Shown: positions 11,886 through 25,379 of the stretch, piece by piece
Layout of the letters: every line of letters starts with the position of its first letter
How positions within the stretch are numbered: position 1 is the first letter of the stretch
Assembly: GCF_030144855.1 (NCBI RefSeq)
Contig: NC_082732.1
Location: forward strand, 30,938,001 to 31,002,000
DNA from: Hypanus sabinus
Lineage: Eukaryota
Direction: 5' to 3'
Length of the DNA stretch: 64,000 nt
Notes under the pieces: model-generated
Database searches by the model: none
Seen by the model: the letters and a program-made list of their open reading frames with translations, nothing else
Told to the model about the DNA's origin: nothing
Position numbers and translations under genes: made by a program

Positions 11886-12498
11886 TAGCCTTCATTAATC
11901 AATGTATTGAGTACAGGAGATGGGATGTTATGTTGAAGTTGTATAAGAGTTGGTGAGGCCTAATTTGGAGTATTGTGTGCAGTATTAGTCATATACCTAC
12001 AGGAAAGATATAAACAAGGTTGAAAGAGTACAGAGAAAATTTGCAAGGATGTTGCCTTGAGTTATAAAAAAAGATTAAATAGGTTAGGACTGCATTGCTT
12101 AGAAAGTAGAAGTTTGAGAGGGGATTTGATAGAGGTAAACAAAATTATGAGGGGTACAAAAAGGGTTAATGGAAGCAGGCTTTTTCCACTGAGGTTGGGT
12201 GAGACTACAACCAGAGGTCATGGGTTAAAGATGAAAGGTGAAACATTTAAGGGGAACATGAGGGGAAACTTCTTCTGTCAGAGGGTCATGAGAGTTTGGA
12301 ATGAGCTGCCAGCACAAGAGGCACATGCAAGCTCAATTTCAATGTTTGAGAGAAGTTTGGATAGGTACACGGATGGTAGGGTTATAGAGGGCTACGGTCC
12401 CGGTGTAGGTCGATGGAAGAAGGCAGTTTAAATGGTTTCAGCATGGACTAGATGGGCCAAAGGGCCTGTCTCTGTGCTGTACTTCCTATGACTCTATG
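11886..12498 (+). mobile_element. CR1 3' fragment nested in a Deu-SINE-like remnant (approx. 11750-11885 and 12500-12640)
   Basis: LGLHCLESRSLRGDLIEVNKIM...TRGHGLK...FFCQRVMRVWNELP. Tail ctatgactctatg. Confidence 0.88.
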
Positions 12499-13727
12499 CC
12501 CACATGATGTTTGTGGGATCACGCACAGGCTGACTGTAATATTTCTACATTTCAACATTGACCATTAAGCAGAAGTACTCAATTGGTATAACAACATCAG
12601 CGCCGTTATGATTGTGAAAGCCGTAATGTAAGTAGAAGTAATGAGAGCCCTGTCGCACATTGCTCGGTTGCCAATGGGGGTGGGGGTTATGATGAAAAGA
12701 GGTGGAACCTTATCTTCAACCTTTATTTGAAATTTTAAACATTCAATTCAATTTGCTTTTAAATTGAAAGTTTGTGGTCCTGGTTGAGTTGAATGAAGGC
12801 TATGCAGATGCATTCTGTGCAGACAAACTGATTGCAATATATTGGTAGCAACTCTCTGGCTTCTGAGAAGGTTATAGAATTAAACTCAATGAAGGGTGAC
12901 AGATTGCAGGCATTGGCCTCTGGGTGTTGCATGCAAATTTCTTTTGAGTTCTTTGGCATATACAATATGCAAATTACCTATTTTTTTAAGATATATGTAA
13001 TAAAAAAAAATCACTTTATATTGTGTCTGTAAGCTGTTGCACTGAATAGCAAACACTGTTGCTGCAGCTTCGATACTGATTTGTAATAAACCCATGCACA
13101 CGTATCCTCGCCACACTTCGGTAATTTGAAAGGGAGAGGGATATCGGGAAATCTTTCTGCATCAGACTTCGAGTACATCCAGCTCCCATGAACAGATCGT
13201 GCTATATTTAGCCACTTGGGTTAAAGGAGATAGATTGCCAAAGGACTCCCTTGTTGAAACTGCCCTGGTTTCCATGTGTACAGGTTGTACAGCAAGAACA
13301 TGTTTATTAACACATTCTCTGCCCAGTTCTGAAGGCACTGGGAAAAAGCTTTTTCGTTTGGATTTTGTTTCTGGTATCTCCCAAAAGCAATGAAAATCCA
13401 AGGGTCCACTGTCAACCCTTCCTCCCATTCCCTAAAGCCTCTGGTTTTTGATTTTATGTCACTTCTCTCCCCCATCCTTCTGTGTAGTGAGGAACAATGG
13501 CAGGGATAATAATTAAAATCCTTTGAATCACCCTGCTGTCTGTTGTTCATGAGGCTGACAGAGAGGTTGTGGTGTAAGGTGGAATGCTTGTTTGTCTGTG
13601 GGGATAGGAAGCCAAGGTCTTTCGAAAAGGGACAGAGACTACGCTGGATACTGGTGGGGGGAAGGAAAACAGAACCCTCCCTCAGTGTGAAACTATAGGC
13701 GAATTTGACCTGGTGGTAGTGGGGTTC

Positions 13728-13848
13728 AATAGTTCAATTTAATATTAAAGAATGTATACAATATACAAGCTAAAATTCTTACTCCTCTCAGACATCCACA
13801 AAACAGGAAAAAAACCTCAAGAATAATAGCAGAAACATCAGAACCCCA
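13728..13848 (-). repeat. Short copy of unclassified interspersed repeat (see 54511-55107)
   Basis: tttaatattaaagaatgtatacaatataca...catccacaaaacag...aagaat...agaacccca aligns by eye to 54523-54640. Confidence 0.7.
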
Positions 13849-15099
13849 GAGGTGCAAAACTAATCTAATAATAAGGAGCAAATTGTGCCTATACTTTGGG
13901 GGTTAATCATTGTCTAAAGTTGCTTAGATCCTGCAGATATACTGGAATTACCAATCTAAATTATGGTTGCTGAATTGCTAGTATTAGTCTCAGAGACCCT
14001 GGGGAACAGAGGGGGGGGTGGAATGCATCAGTCAACATTCCTATTCAGAGATTCTCATGTGTGGATATTGTCAGAGATGTGGACTATACTTAGCTGTGAT
14101 ACCTTCCTTAGTCAATATGGCTGCCTTCCACTTTCAGCCAACAGGAGACGCGAAAAGAAAAGGAACAAAACTCTTTAAAAGTGAAAACACAAGGGAGATT
14201 GTTAACTGAAAAATGGGGCGAAATACCCAGAAAGATCCATAGGGAAGTGAAAATTCAAACACTCTTCAGGTATTAATTCATGACTATGGAGACAAACTGG
14301 GATTTCTGCTCCTTATTTTCTATCAAATAAAGGAGCAATGAACTATAAATATGAGCATTCATGAATAATAGATTATATACAACTTACTCAGACCCTGCTG
14401 AGAATGTCGTGTTCAGTCATGTTTGGAGCCCTGGATTGGATTGCTATACAGCACTCTTGTTGAGATTGATTAAATGCTGTTGGTACAACTCAGGGTTCAT
14501 TCAGGATGTCAGTTGTGGCCAAATGTAAACCGTGTCACCCCCCCCCACCCACTCATGAACCCCCCCCCCCACAGGCTATCAAGATGGGTTGGCTGAAAAC
14601 AGACAAGCTATAAATCAGACATAAAAGGGAGGGGTTAGAAGTAATTACTGAGACTGACAAACAGTGTTTCATGCAGACTGGAACTGGGACGGATGCTACT
14701 CACTGTTCTCAGGAACCAGAACAGAAATTCAGAATCTGCTGGTGACACCACATTATGAGGGGGATAGTGTAGTTTAATATAGAGGAACATTGGGATTGAC
14801 TACTAAAAAGCATTAATGGGTTTGCAGAACTGGGGTATGACTGGCAGATGATTTTCATACAGCTAGAAATCAGTAATCCAGGAATTCAGAAGTGCAGTAC
14901 TATTTATTACACTGCCCTGTATCTCAAAATTGTTTATTTTCTAAAGTGCTATGCGATTGTGATCATTTTCAATTTTTAATGTATTTTTTCAGGATCTGTG
15001 TGTCATTGACAAAGTTCGCATTATATTGCACATCCCTACTGTGCTTGAGCAGGTGGTGATGAGCCCCCTTCTTGACTTTTGTATTTGTTGTGATGAAGG

Positions 15100-15700
15100 A
15101 ACATTGCCCTCCCTCAGCCATGTTTCTGTGATTGCAACACTCTCTGGATCCTGTGAGCTGATACAAGGTCTCAGCTCATCAATATTATTTGTGACGCTTA
15201 CCAGCCCTTTCATGCTTCCATGCCCATCTCTGTTTGTACTGCCCTTACTTGATCGATTTTCTACGTACGAGTCTGACTCCCCACTTGCTGCACTATCATT
15301 TGGTTTCAATCAGTTTAAACCCTCTTTAGTAGCATTAACAAACTATAGGGTTATTGGTCTCCCATTCTCCCTCCCTCCACCCCCCCCCCCCCCCACCACC
15401 TTCTGGTTTGGGTGCAATCAGACCTTCCTATACAGGTCATCTTCTGGAAGAAATCCTGCTGATCCAAATACTTGAAGCCCATCACCCTGCACAAGCTCCT
15501 AATCTACACATTCAACTGCCCTACTTTTCTATTCCTGTGCTCATTAGAAAATGGCAAAGGGAGTAATCCTGAAAATTACAGTCCTGGAGTCTAATTTTTC
15601 ACTTTTCAACCTAACTCCCCAAATTTGCATTGTAGCACCTCGTTTCTCTTCTTGTCTATGTTGTCTAACCAACATGGACTGCAACTGCTGGCTACTTAAC
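15100..15700 (-). mobile_element. CR1 5' region remnant (ORF1 esterase end and ORF2 APE start)
   Basis: NNIDELR..IS....VAITETWLREG on the minus strand. Upstream sequence is homologous to 44830-45230. Confidence 0.65.
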
Positions 15701-15837
15701 CTCCCTTTACACATTGGTCATTACAGGGAGTGAGAGAATAAAATTTCTGTACATGTTATCATTGAAAAAGCCCGAGATTCTGTTTGTCTTGGCAGGCTTA
15801 AAGATGGACTGGTGAGATGGATTTCCAGCTGCTGTCG

Positions 15838-16530
15838 TTTCAAGATTGTTTATTGTCGTTCTTCAGTGTAAAGGAGAATGAAATAATTGCTACACTGGAT
15901 CCAAAGCAGCATAAAAAACACAATAAGCATAAAGAACATAATTTGAAAAAAACAAAACACAATAAAAATAAATATAAAAGCAATCCTATAAACAGTGTAC
16001 AGTGTAACAGTTTGAGTGTGGCCATATTTGCATAGGATTATCTTGTATAAATAGGCTGATTGTATGTACATAAGGTGTTGCTCAGTGCAGGAGTGTCTGA
16101 ACATAAGGTGACTGACAGGAAATGATAAAGTGACAAAGCGACACTTGGCACAAGGAACTCTTCTAGGTAGCAGCAGGGCCTATGAGAACACAGTAAAACA
16201 GTGACTGTGTCAGTGCAGGTATGAGGTGTGGAGTAAAAGTGTAAAGTGGCAGTGCATGGGGAGAACGAAAGGTGCAAAAGCCTGTGGAGAGGAGTGGTTG
16301 ATGTACATGCAGTAGTGAGGGGTGGTGGAGTGGGGTAATGGTGGAGATGTAAATTAGCCTAAAGGCTTGTAGGAAGTAACTGTTACTGAGTCTAGTGGTC
16401 CTGATGTGGATGCAGTGTAGCCTCATCCCTGATGGGAATGGGACAAGCAGTCCATGAGCAGGGTTGATACAATCCTTCATGATATTATTGGCCTTTATCT
16501 AGCACCTTTCTGTATAGATTTGTCCTTGAT
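15838..16530 (-). mobile_element. Rex1-type LINE 3' end
   Basis: MKDCINPAHGLLVPFPSGMRLHCIHIRTTRLSNSYFLQAFRL. Same subfamily as 9741-10130. Confidence 0.85.
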
Positions 16531-16559
16531 GGTACTGAGCCGGTGCCAGAGGCAGGGGG

Positions 16560-17800
16560 GGAGATTGCAGAGGCTCTGCCAGATTTTTAAATCTTTGTTG
16601 GCCACCGTTGTTAGATGATTGAAGAACTTCAAATGTGGTATCTTTTTTCAAGAAGGGCAAGCAGCAATTCCAGGCCAGTGAGTCTAACATTAGCAGGAGG
16701 AAAGTTAATGGTAAAAAAAATTGATAGACAAGGTAATACTACACTTGGTATCACAGGGCTTAATCAGATAATCAGCATGACTTTGGGTGGAGATCCTTTT
16801 TGACCAATTTAACAGAATTTTTTGAAGTGGTAAAGAAATTTATTGATGAGGGCAGTTTGGTTGGTTTAACATGTGTTCTTCATTAAGGCCTTTGGCAAGG
16901 CCCAAAAGGTTAGTGCCCAGAGGATCAAGGGGATATTGGTAGTTTGGATACTCAGAGGCTGGAGGGTTGTTTTAATGACTGGAAGCCCATGACCAGTGAT
17001 ATATCACAGGGATTTGATGCAGGGATCATTACTGTTTGTTGTATCAATAAATAATCTGGATATGAATGTAGGAGGTATAATTAGTAAGCTTGCACACTTC
17101 TTGAAAATGAATGGTTGTACCCTAGGAAGTACTGAGGAATTGACGAGCCTCAATGTACAAGATCAAAGATCCCTGAAGGTGGCAGTGCAGGTAGGTAAGA
17201 TGGTAAAGAAGGTGTACAGTATACTTGCCTTCGTTAGCTAGGATGTAGAATACAAGAGCCACAGAAGATTACAACCTTAGGCCACAAATAGAATGCTGTG
17301 ACAATTCTTGTTGCTACAGTGTAGAAGGAGGTGGTTGCATTGGAGAGGGAATTTACCTGGGGATGAACTATTTTAGTTATGAAAAGAGACTGGATATCCT
17401 AGGCTTTTGCCTTTGAGTGGAACAAGTTGAGGGGATGTTATTAAGATTTACAAAATTCTCAAAGGAATAGAAAGGGTGATAGTAAGAGACATCTTCTCCA
17501 TAACAGGGACATCTAAAACTAAAAGGCATATATTTAGGCTAAGGGGGAATCTTAAGGAACAATTATTTCACAAGAAAATGGTTGGAATATGGAGCCCATG
17601 CTGTGAGTGGGTAATGGAGGCAGCTGTTCTCACAACATTTAAGAAGTTTCTAGAAGAATACTTTCTAGAAGTTTCTAGATCACCAAAACTGGAAGGAATA
17701 TAGAGCAAGCAATGGTTAATGAAATTTGTAAGTATGGTTATTGATGGTTGGCATGGATGTGGTCCTCCATGGGCCTGTTTCTGTACTATGTAACTTTAAG
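16560..17800 (+). mobile_element. CR1-clade LINE, heavily degraded
   Basis: RPVSLT, QGSLLFVVSINNLD, SLKVAVQVGKMVKKVYSILAF. Tail gggcctgtttctgtactatg. Confidence 0.8.
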
Positions 17801-19139
17801 GCTCTCTATCTCTCTACGGTAGTATACGGTCAAGGAAAGAGAATACATAGTGCAGAGTCTTTGTAGAAGTATGTGGTACACAGTCTTTAGGGGATCAGAG
17901 AGCACAGCCTATGTGGGGAATATACAGTATATTTGTGAAGAGAATCTGCGTACAGATTAGGATAACAGTCTTCCTTGATGAGATGGGTCTTTACAGTAAT
18001 CCATTTCTCATTTTCCATTAGTATGAGTGGAACAGAATTTCAAAAGTGATATAGAATATATGTTTAAGCTACTGATTAAAAATGAACCTCCAGGCTTCTC
18101 TGATCCACAGAGAATGAGGCAATATGTAATACATAGTCTGCAGGAGAATATATAGTTTGCAGTCTATGAGGGGAATGTATTTTCACAGTCTATAGGGTTA
18201 AAGGTTTGAGCCATTATAGATGGTCACTTTGAACAGACAAGACTACTGCCGTGTGTATGCATGAGTCCATAATGTGTGTAATAATTATCATGGAGTCCAT
18301 TCTCCTCTTGGCAATCAGAGTTTCAGCTGCCAAGCACAGTTCAGGAATTCCCTTTCTAAACCTTTCCACTGCACCAAACTTTATGCAATCTATGTTTTTG
18401 ACATGCTGTATTATCTGGCTCGGTATCATGCTTTTTTGATAACAATCCTTAAGGAGTTTTCAAACAGCTTAATATTCTTCAAGATGCCATATAAATATAA
18501 GTTGCTGTTGTTGTGGGATTTCCAGACAGACCAGAGATGAATGAGGAACAGTTTAACTTGTCAGCTAACTGTTCCCTGTTCTGGTGTATGGGTTCAAAGA
18601 TTTTTATTTGTTCTGTTTCAATAGCTATTTTTCATCAGTGAACAGAATATGCATTTTTTGCATTGATGGGACAGGTTAGCCTGTGGGTTCTAATCTCAGT
18701 GTTGTGCATTTTAAGCACATTATTTGAATTTGAAAGCTATTTCACTGGCAGTTCTCTTTCATAACTTACCTGCCCATCCCGTCCTCCAACCCCAGAGGGC
18801 TAACTGGATTGGTGGGAGATAAAAATGTGCAATCATTGTGGTGTACTTTCCATCAACTTTCTTACTGCCACAGTGCAATTAAGTTTTATTTTGACTGCCT
18901 GTTATATTTATCCTTCTCCCATCTCCATTTTTCAATTTACTGCTTTCGTTCGTTTCATCCTTCAACCTTCTTCTGTTTTACTGATGACTGCTGCCTTTCC
19001 GGCCCTGAATAACTATTTTCCTTAAAAAGTCACAAAAGAAATTACAGTGCAGAAACATGCCATCCTTTCCAGTAGGTCCTTGACAGCTTCCCAAGCCTCC
19101 ACCCATTTTATTTCCTTTTACTGCTGTCAGCATAATCCA

Positions 19140-19808
19140 CATCAAGTCCCTGGGTGTCAATATCTCTGAGGATCAAACCTGGTTCCAGCATATCAATGCA
19201 GCTATAAAGAAGGCAAGACAGAGGGTATATTTCATCTGAAGTTTGAGGAGATTTGGTTTCTCACCTAAAATACTCAAAAGCTTCGACAGATGTACCATGG
19301 AGGGCATTCTGACTTGCTGCATTACCCCCTGGTTTGGGGGGTGGGGGGGACTACTGCACTGGATCAAAGTAAGCTGCAGAGAGTTGTAAAATTAATCAGC
19401 TCTGTCATGGGTACTGGTCACCACTGTATCCAAGACATCTTCAAAAAGTGGTGCCTCAGAAAGGGGTGTCGTCCATCACTAAAGATCCCCACCACCCAGT
19501 ACATGCCCTCTTCTCATTGTTACCATCAGGAAGGAGGTATAGAAGCCTAAAGGCACACAGTCGATGATTCAGGAACAGCTTCTTCCTCTCTGTCATCTGA
19601 ATTCTAAATGAACATTGAACCTGTGAACACTACCTCACTACTTTTTTTAAAATTTCTGTTTTTTACACAACTTATCTTAATTTAACTAATATATACCAAC
19701 TGCAGTTCAGTTTTTTTTTACCATGTATTGCATTGTACCGCTGCTGCAAGGTTAACAAATTTCATGGCATATGCTAGTGATATTAAACCTGAATCTGATT
19801 CTGATTCT
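19140..19808 (+). mobile_element. Rex1-type LINE 3' end
   Basis: ctgggtgtcaatatctctgaggat, aagaaggcaagacag, aaagatcccccaccacccag. Tail (ctgatt)n. Confidence 0.85.
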
Positions 19809-21089
19809 ATCGTTTATTTCCTTCTTTCCTTGTGCCCAGTTACCCTGTAGCTGCCTAAGTTTCTTCATGTACTGCATTACCATTATACATTGTTTGAAAA
19901 AATTCTCCTGATTCACTATGTAATTAATTAATAATTAACATACTTTCAGTCTCTCCTCAAATGAAAACATCTTCTATCAGATATTTTGATAATCAAGGGC
20001 AAAGAACCTTGGTCTTTTTTCAGAGCTTTTATCCTTTCACCTCTGGGATAAGGACAATAACTTGCATTACCATAGCAACTTAAGCATAGGTTAAAGCAAA
20101 CCAACAGAAGGTGTTTCATAGAGCTTTGAGCAAAAGCAGACAGCAAGACAAAAGAAAGATTGGTCATAGTGGTGATAAGCACTTGGTGGCCTTAAAGGAG
20201 AATCTTTGAGAAAGGAAAGGAAATGGGTCGACAAAGAGGGAGAAATTAGTCTTTGACTGCAAATGCTAAATGTTCTTGAAACACTTTGGCAGGTTGTACT
20301 CACTACTGCACACTTAATTACGTTTAAGCCCCATAGCATCCCCAAGCCCCACAGGAAACATGTCATCATTTCTGCAGTGCCACTGGTCCTTTTCCTAACA
20401 GCATTATGGGAGCATCTTCACCAAAAGGTTTGCAGTAGCTCATATAGGTGACTCACCTCCGCATTATGGTTGGCATTTGGGATGGATAATAAATATTGGC
20501 CTTGTCAGTGACAGCCACACCCCAAAACATAAATTGTAAAACATAATTCAGCTGAATGTATGTTAGTGAAAACAATTATTAATTGATACTTGCACATGTA
20601 AAGACACAAGAACATAAAATGTGCAAAAGCAGATTGGTCCCTTGTGTCTGTTTTGTAGAGTAGAGGACTTATGGTAAGATGGTGATGCATTTGAACGCAG
20701 CAGCTTTACAGGCCCAACCAAAGGTGGTATTGTCTTCTTTAAATGTATATTTTTATTGGACATTAAGAACTTAAAGTACTGCAGGTATAGCAAGTTGCTC
20801 ATTGATGAAGAAACTGAAGGAGCTGGACAGTGCTGATTGTGCTGGTGCCTGCATCAGAGAGGGAGCACAATGGAGGGTTGCATCTAACAGCGAGTGATTG
20901 TCTTGGTCACATTTCTTGTGATCACAAGACCCTGTTGACTTTGATTATGTGGAGTCCAATTCACTGGTCTATTAGCAAACAGCAGGTGAGCTGTGTGGCC
21001 TCAGTCATAGTGAGAACTAGACCTCAAGCCACAGTGTCGCCTGTTTGCATTCACCCAGGAGAGAGACATTAGAGTGCCAGAGGTGGAGT

Positions 21090-21352
21090 GACATGTCCAG
21101 TGTTCGCTAGTGGGTGACATGATGTAATACGTTGGACTGCAGACTACTGCATCATTCATGGACTCAGGGATTTGAACTTCTTTGTCTGTATTTTACTGCT
21201 GTCTTATATGTGTTATGTGCTGTGTGCTGTGTATGACTGTTGGTACTGTGTTTTACACCTTGGCCCCAGAGTAACACTGTTTTGTTTGACTGTATTCATG
21301 GGTATTCGTTTATGGTTGAATGACAATTAATCTTGAACTTGAGCTCGAACTT
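21090..21352 (+). repeat. Retroelement-type 3' tail, family unassigned
   Basis: TG-rich UTR ending gaatgacaattaatcttgaacttgagctcgaactt, a degenerate (cttgaa)n LINE-type tail. Confidence 0.55.
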
Positions 21353-21944
21353 AATAATGTGGCTTCTTGTTTCCAAACTTGAGAGCCTCACATTTTCAGC
21401 ATTATACAATATCTGCCAACTTCTTACCCAATAATATAAACTTTCTGAATCACTTTTCAGGATCTTTGAGTATCTTCCTCATAACTTGCTAACCCACCTA
21501 TTTTTATTTCATTAATGGATAAAGTCTCTGATTTAAATAGGTGCACATTCCTCTGACAACCCACTAGTTGCCTTTGCCAATTGGAAGAAGATCCATTATC
21601 TCCAATGTTTTCTGTTAGTTAGCCCACTCCACTATCCTTCCCAGTATGTTACACCCAAACCCAATGTGCAGTATCCTTCTATACAACACTTTATTGAAAG
21701 CCTTCCAGGTAGCCAGTGTACTCTATCTACTGGCTCTTCTTATCCACCTTATTTGTCACATTCTTAATGAACTCTAGCAAATTTATCAAATATAATTTAG
21801 CTTTAATGAAACCCCGATACTTTGGCCTATGAATTGTATTGCTCAGCAGCTGCAGTTGCAGCTAACAGTCATGCAGAGAGCAGCACAAGATTGACAAACC
21901 TTCAAATCTTCAGGAATTAATTATTAATCTCATACGGGTTGAAG

Positions 21945-22706
21945 TTGGTTTGTTATTGTCACATGTACGAGATACACTGAAAAGCTTGTCTTGCATTCTG
22001 TTCATACAGATCAAGTCATTACAAAGTGCATTGAAGCAGAACAAGTTTTAAAAAACAACATGCAAAATAAAAATGTAACAGTTTCAGGAAAAGTGCAATG
22101 CAAGTAAACAATAAGGTGCAAAATAATATTGAAATAGATTGTGAGGGCAGGTGTTCAACTTGTCCTGCTAGGGAACCATTCAAGAGTCTGATAACAATGG
22201 AATAGAAGCTGTCCTTGAGCCTGGTGGTACATGTTTCCAAGTTTATATGTCTTCTTGCCATGCTAAGCCATAATGCATCCCAACTGGATGCTTTCTATTG
22301 ATTTAAAAAAAGGTGTTAAAGGTTGATCGGGACAAGCCAAATTTCTTTAGCTTTCTGAAGAAGTTATAGTGTAGGTGAGCTTTCTTGACCATACCGTCTA
22401 CATGGTTGGACCAGGACAGGCTATTGCTGATGTTCATTCCTCAGAACTTGAAGCTCACAACTCTCAACCTCAGCACTTTTGATGTAGATTGGAGTATGAA
22501 GTCAATGACCAGCTCTTTTGTTTTGCTGATGTTGAGGGAAAGGTTGTTGTCATGGCACTATGTTGCTAAGTTCTCTATCTTCTTCCTGTACTTGGACTCA
22601 TCATTATTTGAGATATGGCCTACCACTGTGGCATCACGTGCAAACTTGTTGGTGAAGTTAGAGCAGAATCTGTCAACACAGTCAAGAGTGTACAGGGAGT
22701 AGAGTG
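21945..22706 (-). mobile_element. Rex1-type LINE 3' fragment
   Basis: TTRLKDSFYSIVIRLLNG. Minus strand also encodes NNLSLNISKTKELVIDF. Confidence 0.85.
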
Positions 22707-23793
22707 TAGGTGTTATCAGGAACCTGGAAGTATACTGTAAGTTCTAAGTGCATTAACAGGATTTGTGATTTTCTCCTCCCCACCACTACATTTTCTTTCA
22801 ACAGTGTTGTTTACCATGTTACAATGCAAATATATTGGAGACAGAGGAAGGAAATTGTTTGAGTGAAGCTGCAGGTGATGTGATCAAAGCTCCAGGATAA
22901 GTTTCAACCAGAGCTGGCAATCCTTGGAAGTGTGGGTGATGCAATGGGGGTCAGGAGAATACAAGGTGAGAGAATTGTATATCTGGGCAAAATTGCAGAG
23001 CTGTGGAGGGCATTGCACGTGAAAAGGTTTGAAAGTAGCATTGAGAAATTAGGGTGGTTGAGGGACTGGAAATCAATGCATCTCAGGAAGCACAAGGTTA
23101 ACGCACAAGCAGATCTTGGTTTGGGTTAAGACACAGGCAGCAGTCTATTGCTCTGAGTTTGGGAGCTGACCGATATACCATTGAAATTAACAAGATATGA
23201 GCAAATGCTTCAGGATAAGATGGACTGAAGCAATAACTGAACACATGGGTGTCATGGAAAATGAAGCTGATGGTCCTTCTGAGGGAGAAGATATGATATC
23301 AGATGATAAGTTTAGAATTGAACAAGGATCTGGAAGAAATCCACCCTCAGCTGAATGGATGAGAAGTTCCTTCATGTGTAGATCAGAACAATCCAGCTGA
23401 ACAATAAGCGGTTCTAATTCGGCAGTAGTTGGCAGATGCTTGGGACAGCTGGTGGGGGAATTAAAGTATATTACATTAGTACAACAGTATGTTCTTCTGA
23501 CCTTGGAAATGAGACATTTTATTGTGTATAAGGAGAGGTTACAATATTTTTTAACTAACCCACATTCTATTTTCTCTGCAGAATTAGAGAGATTTTTAAT
23601 GCATGTGTGGCCTCTGACCTGTTTAAAGAAACTATGTAGAGGGCTTTATGCTCAAACTACGTTTTGTATATCCTAAATGTGTTTCATGTGTATGTAACCC
23701 ATGCTCTCTCTGATTTGGGATAGGACTAAGTAGGGGGAGACTACCTCTGTATCTGACATGTGCTGTGGAGGTTTTTGGTAGGTCAGTGTAGGA

Positions 23794-23871
23794 CAGGGGT
23801 TCTCAACTGTTTTTATGCCATGGGCCAATGCTTAAGCAAGGGCTCTGTGGACCCCAAGTTGGGAACCCCTG
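23794..23871. mobile_element. 78-bp hAT-type MITE, same family as 3906-3956
   Basis: TIRs caggggttctcaac / gttgggaacccctg, internal ttttatgccatgg shared in opposite orientation, flanked by gtagga direct repeat. Confidence 0.8.
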
Positions 23872-23887
23872 GTAGGAGGATGTTATA

Positions 23888-24050
23888 GACACAGGAGATA
23901 CTGCAGATGCCAGAAATCTTGACCAACACAAAATCCTGGAAGGACTCAGCAAATCAGGCAGTATCTATGGAGGTGAATAAACAGTTGACATTTTGGGCTG
24001 ATGCCCTTCGTCAGTTCTCGACCTGAAACAACATCTGTTTTCTGTGCTCC
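23888..24050 (-). mobile_element. Penelope-like terminal repeat fragment with hammerhead-like motif and short inversion
   Basis: ctgcagatgccagaaat...acacaaaatcctggaaggactcagc. Minus strand reads ctgacga-agggcatcagccc-aaaatgtc-aactg. Confidence 0.75.
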
Positions 24051-24961
24051 ATTTTTGACTTGATGAGTTCCTTCAGTATTTTGTGTGGTTTCTTGTTGAA
24101 GGATGTTTGTACCTAGCCAGAACTGTATGTTGCCTGGAGGTGTTTGATAGGAAATGGAGAGGGAGTTTTTCGTCTGTATCTAGCCTGGGAGCATCTTGGG
24201 AGTATTTGTATTGTGAAAGAAGATGAGGTTTAGAAGAATTATACACAGATAATGATTTTACTCTTAAGTCCATAAAAACATCAAAGATGAATGCCTGACA
24301 AAAGAAAATTGAATTTATCAATAATAAAACCTGCCAGGGGCAGCATGTGCGCTTGAGGAGAATAGCAGAAAATTAATTGTAAACCATTAGCAGGATGTCA
24401 AAATAAAATATTCCTGTTGTAAACTGTAATGAATGTAAGAAATTTCCACAAATTTAGTGTGGATTTTCTGTCTCATTGTTCAGTGGTTTTGTAAATGGCT
24501 CTGTGCAATGAAAGATTGTTTGAGAAACTATGTCCTACAGCACACAGATTTTATTTATTTTCTGTCACCAGTTACCGACGCTGACTCATTTTTCCTCTCT
24601 CGTGAATAATCCAAATGGGCATTGTTCCATGGCTGCAGACTCCCCCTGTTGATGTCTTCTGTGGGTGTCTTCAGGGGGCTGTTGGACAGCAACATTCATC
24701 CACAAATACCCCTGGGAGAATTGTTGGCTTCAAGAGGGAGGGCGTCATTTTTCACTTCTGGTCATTGACTTGGGCTGAGGATTTGAGGCTTACCCCAGCT
24801 GGTAGCTGACAGTCAGTGGAGTTTTACCACCCATGATCAGAGCGTGCTGTAATTTCTGTGTTGGTGGTGCTATAGACCCAGGAGAAAATGCAAGTAAAAA
24901 AAGCTGATAGTATGGGTGAATCTCCTTCACTTATTGCTCAACCCATGCCGTCAGTTGGATA

Positions 24962-25379
24962 TTCTTCTTCTGCCAGTTACAGCACTGGCATTTAGGGCGG
25001 CAATGAAAGTCCTCCATCTCTGGCAGCGTTCACAGCTTCCTTCATTCTGTCAGTAGCTTCCTCTTGGTTTACTGCCAGTCAATCAAGTCCCAGGTGGAGA
25101 CTCAGGAATACCGTCACACTCAGATGTAGAAGGATTCTTCATTCCTGTTTCTGTAACAGTTGTGCTTGACCAGGCAGGGTTGCTAGCCCTGACCTGAACC
25201 CCTAAACCTAGAGGATCAGTGGGCCACTCTTAGTCTGGCCTCTAATCCTTGGTCTGTTTGACACAGGCGACCCTACCAAGAGCCAAAGCATAAAGCATTG
25301 ACTCCAGCCAGCATAGCTCTTCGGGCCATTGACGCATGCAAGCCTCCAAACCACGCCAAGCTTGTGGTCCTCTTGGAGG
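24962..25379 (-). mobile_element. Non-autonomous bipartite RTE-derived element (~420 bp)
   Basis: Minus strand begins like RTE (Expander/Rex3/BovB-type) 5' UTRs (cttggcgtggtttggaggcttgc..tcaatg..gagctatg..ggtagggtc..gggctagcaaccctg) and ends tggaggactttcattgccgccctaaatgcc...(gaa)3. Flanks cagttggata / cagttagatt. Confidence 0.7.

Larger units (their letters stand above)
23620..24215 (-). repeat. Degenerate ~65-bp tandem repeat, interrupted by a MITE and a Penelope fragment
   Basis: Recurrent gtgtttgatagga..tggagagggag...tctgtatctag/tctgtatctga units, the reverse complement of units at 26870-30240. Confidence 0.6.

Noticed and set aside
14537-14572. Poly-C runs as a functional G-quadruplex
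   Set aside because: Similar C/G homopolymers are scattered through the window (15375, 30433, 35445, 47326) with nothing else supporting function.
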